From positions 1-31,255 of the forward strand of contig JBEDAR010000005.1 in the NCBI GenBank assembly GCA_041177725.1: a stretch of 31,255 nt of DNA, read 5' to 3'. Numbering within the stretch: the first letter of the stretch is position 1; every line of letters begins with the position of its first letter. This document shows, in pieces, positions 15,437 to 26,522 of this stretch. Source of the stretch: Bacillota bacterium (lineage in GTDB: Bacteria > Bacillota_I > Bacilli_A > RFN20 > CAG-826). The position numbers were made by a program, and so were the translations under genes. The notes beneath the pieces are model-generated. The model worked only from the letters and a program-made list of their open reading frames with translations. It was not told the origin of the DNA and made no database searches.

Positions 15437-16517
15437 GATTTTTCTTTTTCACCATTTTTAAAACACGATTAAACAAAATGGATTCTGCTGCTTTCCTGCC
15501 AGATTCATGAATTTTTTTAATCGCAATATGTTGCCGTTCAATGGTATAACTGACTTCGGAAAAAGAGGCTTCAATCATCCCCGCAACATATAAGTATGCT
15601 GTGAGTGTGATCATATTCATGTCATTGCTTAAATATTTTCGCAGTTTAGAATCAAGTTTATAGTAATGCGTACTAGCTGCTTTGGGTGTTGCTTTCATAA
15701 AATAAATAAAGGTATTAAGGATCAAGATTTTTTGTTGTAGCGATTCACCAAGACGTGGTGAAGTAGAAACAAATTTTAAATCTTTTGCTGCAGTTTGATA
15801 ATCCTCATCAACCAAGGCTTGATAAATTTTATGGAAATAAATTTGGATATTTAAATTATTAAGATCTTTACCAACTTGAAAAGGTTGTGGATCTTTTCCT
15901 TCTTTATAAGCTTTCTCAATACGTTGTAATTCAAGATAAGCAGCATTTCCTTGTGTGGTGGTTAACGTTGCAAGTCGATAACCATCAGTAACGGTGTCCA
16001 ATTTAAACGGCATAAAGTTATAAATCATTAACATGCCGCCCACAGCAATCACCACGATTGCTGCATATCGCTCCCATTGAAGTTCATTGAACAAACCGTA
16101 GGCAACAAATAAAGCAACCACAATTTCAATCAAATATATAAACAATCCACCCCACAAGAAAAGGCGTGGTCGAATCTTTGTTGCTTTAGGAGTTACGATG
16201 GTTTCCCCTGTTAAACCTTCATAGGGTTGAAACCGTAAACGAAAACCATTTTTAGATCTTACAAACGCCAACCCTAAAAAATTAACTGTGTTAATGGCAT
16301 AACCGCCTGCAATTGCCCCTAACATGTGACCTAGTTCGAGAGAAATAACATTGATGAGAAAGGCACCGAATATCGTGGCAATCGCATAGCCATATTGCGC
16401 AATACCGGTAATCCCAAGTGTTATGAAGGCTGGGGCGATGATGTTGACACCAACAAAGATGGCAATAGCAATCATCACGCCATAGACAATGAGGGTTGTA
16501 AATTCTTCTTTTTTCAT
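15417..16517 (-). CDS. Site-2 protease (M50)-like membrane protein with degenerate HEXXH
   Basis: N-terminal TMs, LELGH in place of HELGH, and NFMP...TDG resembling the NxxPxxxxDG motif; helical C-terminal domain. Confidence 0.6.
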   Translation of the reverse strand: MKKEEFTTLIVYGVMIAIAIFVGVNIIAPAFITLGITGIAQYGYAIATIFGAFLINVISLELGHMLGAIAGGYAINTVNFLGLAFVRSKNGFRLRFQPYEGLTGETIVTPKATKIRPRLFLWGGLFIYLIEIVVALFVAYGLFNELQWERYAAIVVIAVGGMLMIYNFMPFKLDTVTDGYRLATLTTTQGNAAYLELQRIEKAYKEGKDPQPFQVGKDLNNLNIQIYFHKIYQALVDEDYQTAAKDLKFVSTSPRLGESLQQKILILNTFIYFMKATPKAASTHYYKLDSKLRKYLSNDMNMITLTAYLYVAGMIEASFSEVSYTIERQHIAIKKIHESGRKAAESILFNRVLKMVKKKNPSWRFS

Positions 16518-16541
16518 TGTTAATATTTTAACACTTTCAAT

Positions 16542-17576
16542 TTATGGATGAATAGCGGTTGGTTGCCATAACTGATAGTGTTGCTGCACGCTTTCCCAGT
16601 CACTTCCACGAAGAATGGCGCGTATTTGATAGTTTTCTTCTGCAGATTCAAATGTATTTCCTAAATAAACTTGCAGACGGAATTCATAATCGTTTTCACC
16701 TAGTTTGAGAACGGATAGATGGCGATTCGCCGAGGAAATATCACCGTGAAAAGGAAACATCAATGGCGTTTGGTTACGTTCAAAAACTTGCCAGTGTTGC
16801 AGGAGCGTGGTGATAGGGCCCATGGTCAGCGCTAATTTGAAATTATCCTCTGTACGAATGGTTTCATATTTTGTATCTTGAGCACCAAAAAAACCGCTAG
16901 GGTAAGTCTCGTCTCGAATCTCATAAATCGTTGTAGCGTCAGCATAAAGTTGATACGTAACAGCGATTGGAATCACCACTTCAGTTTGATACATTTTATT
17001 CATCTGCCATTGACCATACGTTATCGCATTAGGGTAACGTGTGATTACCATCTCTTCTTCTTCAACAAATTGATTAAACCAAAAATATTCTGAGCCAAAA
17101 TATACATGACTCAAATCACGATGTTTGCGATAAAGACGAGCATTATTGAACCGCTCATCACTGGGTTGTAAGTTTTCTAAGATTGGGATGACGGCTTGAT
17201 CCTCGATTGTTTGATTTGTGTTCAATGACGTTAGCGCGGCAGGGATGATTGGTAATGTGCTAGAAAAATCAAGTACTTGGTTCTCAAAATGTCCCGGTAA
17301 CGCCTCTGCTACTGCGTAAGCGGTGGTGATATCTTCAATCGCGGGAAAGTTAAATTCAAACAATGGTAAGGGTGTGAGTGGCGAGGAATTTTCTATGTCA
17401 AAAGTGCTTTCTAAAACAGTTTCCTTAAGGATAAGCCGCCCGTTCAGTAAGGGATTAAAATCATCTGTTGGGACGGGAATGGATGAAATTGAACTCGAAC
17501 CACTGTTTGAAGAATTAGTGATGTTACATCCACTTAACACAAGAAAGAAAATGGGTAGACACAATTTTTTATTCAT
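16542..17576 (-). CDS. Hypothetical lipoprotein with Ser-rich linker
   Basis: MNKK...VLSGC lipobox followed by NITNSSNSGSSSISS. Start overlaps the tadA end by 8 nt. Confidence 0.8.
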   Translation of the reverse strand: MNKKLCLPIFFLVLSGCNITNSSNSGSSSISSIPVPTDDFNPLLNGRLILKETVLESTFDIENSSPLTPLPLFEFNFPAIEDITTAYAVAEALPGHFENQVLDFSSTLPIIPAALTSLNTNQTIEDQAVIPILENLQPSDERFNNARLYRKHRDLSHVYFGSEYFWFNQFVEEEEMVITRYPNAITYGQWQMNKMYQTEVVIPIAVTYQLYADATTIYEIRDETYPSGFFGAQDTKYETIRTEDNFKLALTMGPITTLLQHWQVFERNQTPLMFPFHGDISSANRHLSVLKLGENDYEFRLQVYLGNTFESAEENYQIRAILRGSDWESVQQHYQLWQPTAIHP

Positions 17577-18054
17577 GACGTTTTTTTTGAAAATATGTTT
17601 TTAGTAACGCTTGAGATTCAGTAGACAAGATGTCGGATTGAATCTGTGGTTGGTGTTGTAACCGAGGAATTTTGAACAATTGTAGTTGTGATTGAATGGC
17701 ACCACTTTTTTCATCTTTGACTGCAAAGACGATGCGGTCGATTCGACTTTGAATTAATGCTCCTGTGCACATCATGCATGGTTCTAAGGTGACATAGAGT
17801 GTGCACCCTTGTAATCGCCAAGATTGGCGATGTTGACTCGCTTGTTGAATGGCTAATAATTCAGCGTGTGCGGTCACATGTTGATGGCTTTCTTTAAGAT
17901 TGTGACCACGACCGATGATTTGATTTTGGTATACAACCACCGCCCCGACCGGCACTTCGTCGAGATCAAAAGCAAGTTTAGCTTCTACTAAAGCTTCCTT
18001 CATCCAGCGTTCGTCATCGAACACTACAACGGGTTGTTTATTTTTGTTTGCCAA
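17569..18054 (-). CDS. tadA: tRNA-specific adenosine deaminase
   Basis: EVPVGAV, HAE and TLEPCMMC deaminase motifs. Start uncertain: TTG 18054 (overlapping serS) or GTG 18024. Confidence 0.92.
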   Translation of the reverse strand: MANKNKQPVVVFDDERWMKEALVEAKLAFDLDEVPVGAVVVYQNQIIGRGHNLKESHQHVTAHAELLAIQQASQHRQSWRLQGCTLYVTLEPCMMCTGALIQSRIDRIVFAVKDEKSGAIQSQLQLFKIPRLQHQPQIQSDILSTESQALLKTYFQKKRHE

Positions 18055-19318
18055 TGACGGTTAACCCACCCATGAAAGGGATTAGGACAGCAGGGATTTT
18101 CACATCACCATTTGCTAATTGATATTGTTCTAGAATCGCAGGGACAATGCGTGACGTTGCTAACGCTGATGCATTTAAAGTGTGAGCAAATTTTGTTTTT
18201 TGAGTCACTGGATCTTTATAGCGAATTTTACCTCTTCTCGCTTGATAATCACGCGCGTTTGATACCGAAGATACTTCTTTATAAATATTCAGTGAAGGAA
18301 TATAAACTTCAATATCATAGGTTCTCGCCATCGAGTGAGAACAATCGCCGGCAGCTAGTTTTGAAACACGGAAGTGTAACCCAAGTTTTTCAACAAGCGA
18401 AGAAGCTTTTGCCACGAGTTCTAAAAACATCGCCGGACTTTGTTCTTCTCGAGTATATTGAACGAGTTCAACTTTGTTGAATTGATAACCACGAATCATG
18501 CCGCGTTCTTCGCTGCGATAACTGCCCGCTTCATATCGATAACAAGGAGTGTAAGCAAAATACTTCTTGGGTAATTGGGAACCTTCCAGAATTTCATCAC
18601 GGTGAAGATTGACTAAACCGGTTTCAGCGGTTGGTAGTAAAAATTTTTCTGGATCGGTTTTTTTCAACCAAAAAACATCATCTTTAAATTTAGGAAATTG
18701 CCCTGCGGTTAATCCAGATTCATAATTTAATAAATGCGGTAATAGCACCATTTCATAACCATCTTTTAAGTGTTCGCTCATAAAGAAATTCAGGAGCGCC
18801 CATTCTAATTGAGCGCCAAGACCACGGTAAATCCATGTGCCTGCACCTGAGATTTTTGCTGCGCGTTGATAATCCACAATACCAAGGTGTTCTGCAATTT
18901 CAACATGGTCTTTGATTTTAAATGAGAAGGTGGGTTGTTTACCGACGATGCGAATTGCTTCGTTGTTTTCTTTGCCACCCTCTTTAAGATCGTCATCAGG
19001 AAGGTTGGGTAACTCAAGGAGAAAAGTTTCAATTTTAGTTTCTAACGCTTTTAGTTCTTGTTCTTTTCCTTGAATCGATTGATTGAGGACCTTCACTTGG
19101 GAAAAAATTCCTTGAACATCGCGACCGGCTTTTTTAGCTTCTGGAACAGAAGCAGACAACTTATTAGCTTCCGCTTTCACTTGTTCAACCTCTAACAAGA
19201 GTTGTTTCCGAAGTTGAACATCTTGAAGCAATCCAGCAAAATTAACAGTGAAACCTTTTTTTGCAAGCAAGGCTGTTACTTTTTGAGTTTGGTCTTTAAT
19301 CAGTTGCAAATCGAGCAT
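18038..19318 (-). CDS. serS: Seryl-tRNA synthetase
   Basis: N-terminal coiled-coil arm, LPNLP, LLPTAE, YTPCYRYEAG, QFNKVE, EVSSVSN...YQARR and HTLNASALA. Confidence 0.95.
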   Translation of the reverse strand: MLDLQLIKDQTQKVTALLAKKGFTVNFAGLLQDVQLRKQLLLEVEQVKAEANKLSASVPEAKKAGRDVQGIFSQVKVLNQSIQGKEQELKALETKIETFLLELPNLPDDDLKEGGKENNEAIRIVGKQPTFSFKIKDHVEIAEHLGIVDYQRAAKISGAGTWIYRGLGAQLEWALLNFFMSEHLKDGYEMVLLPHLLNYESGLTAGQFPKFKDDVFWLKKTDPEKFLLPTAETGLVNLHRDEILEGSQLPKKYFAYTPCYRYEAGSYRSEERGMIRGYQFNKVELVQYTREEQSPAMFLELVAKASSLVEKLGLHFRVSKLAAGDCSHSMARTYDIEVYIPSLNIYKEVSSVSNARDYQARRGKIRYKDPVTQKTKFAHTLNASALATSRIVPAILEQYQLANGDVKIPAVLIPFMGGLTVIGKQK

Positions 19319-19321
19319 AGA

Positions 19322-21892
19322 CTATGCCTCCACTTCTTCATCGTCATCCCCTTCATCTGTGTCTGGGGTTTCGGGTTCGTTTGGATTATCCAATTCAACA
19401 GTTTCAACTTCCTCAGTTGGTTCTTCCAAACTTGGTTCGACGATGGCAATAGATGAAACAAATTCTTTTTCCGCTAATCTAATGAGACGCACACCTTGGG
19501 TGGATCGAGCGATAACTCGTACTTGAGTTAAGGAAATACGAATGATGACACCAGCTTTGGTGACAACCAATAAATCTTCGTCTCCGTTGGCAGCTTTTAA
19601 AGCGATGAGGTTGCCGTTCTTGTCAGAGGCTTTAATCGTGTTCACACCCTTAGCACCGCGTTTGGTTTGGCGATATTCTTCAAAAGCTGTCATTTTTCCA
19701 AAACCTTTATTGGTAACGACAAGAATATATTTACCTTCTGCTGTAGTAGAAACACCAACGACTTTTGCGCCTTCCGCTAATTTCATCCCACGAACACCAG
19801 CCGCCGTTCTTCCCATATCACGAACGCCATTTTCAGGGAATGTTACCATTTTACCGGTTGAGGAAGCGAGACTGACAAATAGGTTGCCAGTGGTTTGTTT
19901 GACATCGAGGAGCATGTCACCTTCTCGTAATGAAATGGCAATCTTACCGTTTTGGCGGATGGATTCAAATTCTTTAATTTCTGTACGTTTAACGACACCT
20001 TTTTCGGTGATAAAGAATAAATAGTGACCGGGCGTGTATTCGTCAACCGAGATAATCGATTTAATCGTTTCTTGTTTTTCTAAACTTAACAAGTTCACAA
20101 CTGGAATCCCTTTTGCGGTTCTAGCAAACTCCGGTATTTGATACCCACGTAAGCGGTAGACTTTTCCTAAATTCGAGAAAAATAAAATATCGGTATGGGT
20201 TCTAGCATTGACGATAATTGAGACAATATCGTTTTCATTTAAACCTGCACCTTTAACACCCCGGCCTCCTCGGTTTTGCGTGCGGAAAACTTCCGGTAAT
20301 TGCCGTTTGATGTAACCATTTTGTGTCATGGTAATGACAATATTCGTTTCCGGGATGAGATCTTCATCTTCAATGGAGGAAAGATTATCGGAAATTTCGG
20401 TCATCCGATCGTCGCCGAATTTATCGGCAATCACATCTAAGTCCGTGAGAATAACATCCACGACCATTTGCCGATTCCCAAGTAGTTGTTTGAAATAAGC
20501 GATGTTCTTTTCTAATTGCACTTTTTCGTCTTCGAGTTTTTGTTTTTCTAAACCAGTTAATCTTCTGAGGGGCATATCCACGATTTCTTTGGTTTGTTTT
20601 TCGGAGAGTTTAAACCTTTGAGAAAGCGTGTTTCTCGCAATATCGATGTTTGCAGATTTCTTTAAAATATCCACAATCGCATCGATATTGTTAATCGCAA
20701 TTAAATAACCATTGACGATGTGAATGCGGTCTTCTGCTTTGGTTAATTGATAACGCGTTCTTCTTTCCACCACTTCAATTTGGTGATCAAGATAATGTTG
20801 AATCATCGCTTTTAAAGAAAGGACTTTGGGTTGCCCATTGACCAGGGCAAGGTTAATAATCCCAAAACTTACTTGGAGTTGGGTGTGTTTATAAAGTTGA
20901 TTGAGGAGGACTTCGGGAATAATGTCGCGACGAACTTCAATCACCACGCGAATCCCATTCTTGTTAGACTCATCACGAATATCTGTGATGCCTTCAATCA
21001 CTTTGTTTCTCACTAAATCAGCAATCGTTTCAATCATCGAAGCTTTATTCACTTGGTAGGGAATTTCTTTAACGATGATGCGCTTTTTGCCGTTTTCAAA
21101 TTCTTGAATGTCCACCTTGGAACGAATCACCAATGAACCCGTACCAGATTCATAAGCTTGACGAATACCGGCTTTGCCAAGAATGATACCACCAGTGGGA
21201 AAATCGGGCCCTTGGAGGTGATCTTGCATCAATTCTAAAACATCAATATCCGGATTCTTTGAATAAGCTTTAATCGCACTGACAACTTCCCTTAGGTTGT
21301 GCGTGGGCATATTTGTTGCCATCCCAACCGCAATCCCTGAACCACCATTGACTAAAAGGTTGGGGAAACGAGATGGTAATACAACGGGTTCTTTTTCCGT
21401 GCCATCATAGTTATCGACAAAATCAACGGTTTCATCGTCAATATCTTTGACCATTTCCATCGCCATTTTTGCCATTCTCGCTTCGGTATAACGCATCGCC
21501 GCTGCTTCATCGCCGTCTACGGAACCAAAGTTACCATGACCATCCACGAGTGTATATCGCATTGAAAACGGTTGGGCTAATCGCACCAAGGTTGAATAAA
21601 TCGCTTGGTCACCGTGAGGGTGAAATTTACCCATGACGTCACCGACGATACGTGCTGATTTCTTATAGGGTTTATCCGATTGCATACCGAGTTCATTCAT
21701 GCCAAAAATAATTCGGCGATGAACGGGTTTTAAACCATCTCTTACATCAGGAATAGCCCGAGAGACAATCACGGACATGGAGTAATCTAAAAAGGCAGTT
21801 CGTACTTCGTTAGAAATATCGACGTCTTTAAGACCAGCTTCAATCCCTTCTTGGATGATGCCGTCAACTTTTGGATCTTTTTGATCTGCCAT
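19322..21892 (-). CDS. gyrA: DNA gyrase subunit A
   Basis: RAIPDVRDGLKPVHRR, HPHGD, catalytic AAMRYTE, GyrA-box QNRGGRG (gyrase rather than ParC), beta-pinwheel repeats and acidic tail. Confidence 0.97.
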   Translation of the reverse strand: MADQKDPKVDGIIQEGIEAGLKDVDISNEVRTAFLDYSMSVIVSRAIPDVRDGLKPVHRRIIFGMNELGMQSDKPYKKSARIVGDVMGKFHPHGDQAIYSTLVRLAQPFSMRYTLVDGHGNFGSVDGDEAAAMRYTEARMAKMAMEMVKDIDDETVDFVDNYDGTEKEPVVLPSRFPNLLVNGGSGIAVGMATNMPTHNLREVVSAIKAYSKNPDIDVLELMQDHLQGPDFPTGGIILGKAGIRQAYESGTGSLVIRSKVDIQEFENGKKRIIVKEIPYQVNKASMIETIADLVRNKVIEGITDIRDESNKNGIRVVIEVRRDIIPEVLLNQLYKHTQLQVSFGIINLALVNGQPKVLSLKAMIQHYLDHQIEVVERRTRYQLTKAEDRIHIVNGYLIAINNIDAIVDILKKSANIDIARNTLSQRFKLSEKQTKEIVDMPLRRLTGLEKQKLEDEKVQLEKNIAYFKQLLGNRQMVVDVILTDLDVIADKFGDDRMTEISDNLSSIEDEDLIPETNIVITMTQNGYIKRQLPEVFRTQNRGGRGVKGAGLNENDIVSIIVNARTHTDILFFSNLGKVYRLRGYQIPEFARTAKGIPVVNLLSLEKQETIKSIISVDEYTPGHYLFFITEKGVVKRTEIKEFESIRQNGKIAISLREGDMLLDVKQTTGNLFVSLASSTGKMVTFPENGVRDMGRTAAGVRGMKLAEGAKVVGVSTTAEGKYILVVTNKGFGKMTAFEEYRQTKRGAKGVNTIKASDKNGNLIALKAANGDEDLLVVTKAGVIIRISLTQVRVIARSTQGVRLIRLAEKEFVSSIAIVEPSLEEPTEEVETVELDNPNEPETPDTDEGDDDEEVEA

Positions 21893-21903
21893 ACACGTTC
21901 TCC

Positions 21904-24949
<3,046 letters not shown>

Positions 24950-24953
<4 letters not shown>

Positions 24954-25180
24954 AAACCTTTGATAATAATCAGGCGTTTTTGCACCGTGACTTGATCCCC
25001 AGGATAGAGTTTTCGCCCCCGGCGTTGTTCCGGTTGCTGGTTAACTTGGATTGGGTTTTGGCTTAAAAATGTTTTAATTTGCCCCCCGGTTTCAATCAAC
25101 CCAGCAATCTTCATTAATTGCCCCAATTGGATATAAGGGGTGTGAATGACAATTTCCGATTGGGTCGATTCTTTTTCCAT
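24950..25180 (-). CDS. yaaA: S4-domain RNA-binding protein YaaA
   Basis: YIQLGQLMK...GGQIK...VN...EQRRGRKLYPGD; canonical position between dnaN and recF. Confidence 0.9.
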
Positions 25181-25195
25181 GTTTAAACCTCTATA

Positions 25196-25204
25196 ATTTT
25201 ACCA
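25196..25204 (-). promoter_or_regulatory. Extended -10 promoter of yaaA-recF-gyrB-gyrA
   Basis: Minus strand TG-G-TAAAAT directly after the dnaN terminator U tract; SD GAGGT upstream of ATG 25180. Confidence 0.55.
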
Positions 25205-25205
25205 T

Positions 25206-25240
25206 AAAAAAGAAAATTAGGGAATATTATATATTCCCTA
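25206..25240 (-). terminator. Intrinsic terminator after dnaN
   Basis: Perfect 10-bp stem TAGGGAATAT-ATA-ATATTCCCTA, then ATTTTCTTTTTT on the minus strand. Confidence 0.75.
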
Positions 25241-25267
25241 AAGGCCTCTTAAAATGCATTTAAATAG

Positions 25268-26389
25268 TTAATACGTGCGCACTGGCGTTGCTAACTGGAT
25301 GAGGGAGTCATCTTTATCGTTTTTCAATACAAATGGTCTCATATCGCCAATAAAACCAATTTTAATGTCTTCTGCTCCAAAGGCGCGAATCGCTTCCATT
25401 AAATAAAAGGCGTTAAAACTAACTTCAAAACGATCACCATTAAAGGAAAACTTTGTTAGGGGTTCACTCGCAGATCCAATTTGTGCAGATTTACTAGAAA
25501 CTTCAACGGCCGTTTCGCTCATGGTTAATTTCACCACATTTTCTCGTTCAACGGATAATAAAGCAACACGTTCCATAACCGCCAATAATTCTTTAGCGTT
25601 CGCCACTAAATAATAGTTCGAAGTTTTAGGAATAATGTTCGTGGTGTTAGGATACTCTCCACCAATTAATCGAGAGATGACGAGGGTGTTACCAAATTCA
25701 AAGGTTGCTCTTTTTTCCGTGAAAGAAAGGTTAATCGTAGGTTCGTGTTCCATCATCGACGTGACTTCAATTAAGGTTCTCGCTGGTACATTACTGATAA
25801 ATTTAACCGGTTTGTTGATGCTGATTTGTTTTCTGGATAACCGAGCAGAATCAGTAGCAGTTGCAACCAATTTGCCATCCGATGCTTCTAAATTAACCGC
25901 AGTCATAATCGGTCTTTGTTCTTTTGTTGAAGCAGCAAAGGCTGTTTGTTCAACCACCTTTTTTAATACCTTGGTTTCTAGTTCCAGGGAGACGCCGGCT
26001 GTATCCAAATCTAATTCAGGATATTCTTCAACTTTAATGGAATTGAGTTTATAAGTTGATCGACCATCACTGACATTGACAATGGTGTCGTCAAACAATT
26101 CCACGGTTAATTGGGAACCTTCAACTTTTCGGGCAATTTCTCCAAACAGTTTAGCATTGACCAATGTTCCACCGTTTTTCGTATCTGTTAATAAAGTTTT
26201 TCCTTTGTTTGCATAAGGGACTCTAGTAATAATCGATAATTCGTTATTAGAACTGACAATCGTTAAGCCTTTTTCATCCACCACGAGTTTAAAATTACTG
26301 AGCACCGGTATTGGTGTCTTCAATGCGATAGCCTTACTGGAAATGTTAATTGCCTTTAATAATTCTTCTCGCAGTACTTTAAATCTCAT
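25268..26389 (-). CDS. dnaN: DNA polymerase III beta clamp
   Basis: IPVLSNFKL, AFAAST.E.RPIMTAV, ATDSARLS, SRLIGGEYP, FNAFYL and QLATPVRTY. Confidence 0.97.
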   Translation of the reverse strand: MRFKVLREELLKAINISSKAIALKTPIPVLSNFKLVVDEKGLTIVSSNNELSIITRVPYANKGKTLLTDTKNGGTLVNAKLFGEIARKVEGSQLTVELFDDTIVNVSDGRSTYKLNSIKVEEYPELDLDTAGVSLELETKVLKKVVEQTAFAASTKEQRPIMTAVNLEASDGKLVATATDSARLSRKQISINKPVKFISNVPARTLIEVTSMMEHEPTINLSFTEKRATFEFGNTLVISRLIGGEYPNTTNIIPKTSNYYLVANAKELLAVMERVALLSVERENVVKLTMSETAVEVSSKSAQIGSASEPLTKFSFNGDRFEVSFNAFYLMEAIRAFGAEDIKIGFIGDMRPFVLKNDKDDSLIQLATPVRTY

Positions 26390-26411
26390 ATTTATTTATC
26401 TCCTTAAAGAT

Positions 26412-26448
26412 TAATAATGATAATAAGGCGTGTGAATGTTGTGGATAA
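26412..26448 (-). promoter_or_regulatory. oriC basal unwinding module: DnaA boxes + GC clamp + DnaA-trios
   Basis: Minus strand TTATCCACA (26448-26440), ACATTCACA (26439-26431), CGCC, then TTA TTA TCA TTA TTA. The complement is 3'-AAT AAT AGT AAT AAT-5', a DnaA-trio array. Confidence 0.8.
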
Positions 26449-26522
26449 GTCAATCACCATATTCTTTTGTGTTATATTTTACCACACTTCATCCAAACTT
26501 TTCTTCCAAATATATTCGTTCA

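Noticed and set aside
17400-17600. SRP RNA (scr/ffs) expected downstream of tadA by B. subtilis synteny
   Set aside because: The region is coding (lipoprotein overlaps tadA), and no SRP helix-8 motif (CAGG...GGAA...AGCAG) is present.
19322-19440. Low-complexity acidic GyrA tail as a possible repeat element
   Set aside because: Acidic C-terminal tails are an established gyrase feature, and there is no exact DNA repeat unit.
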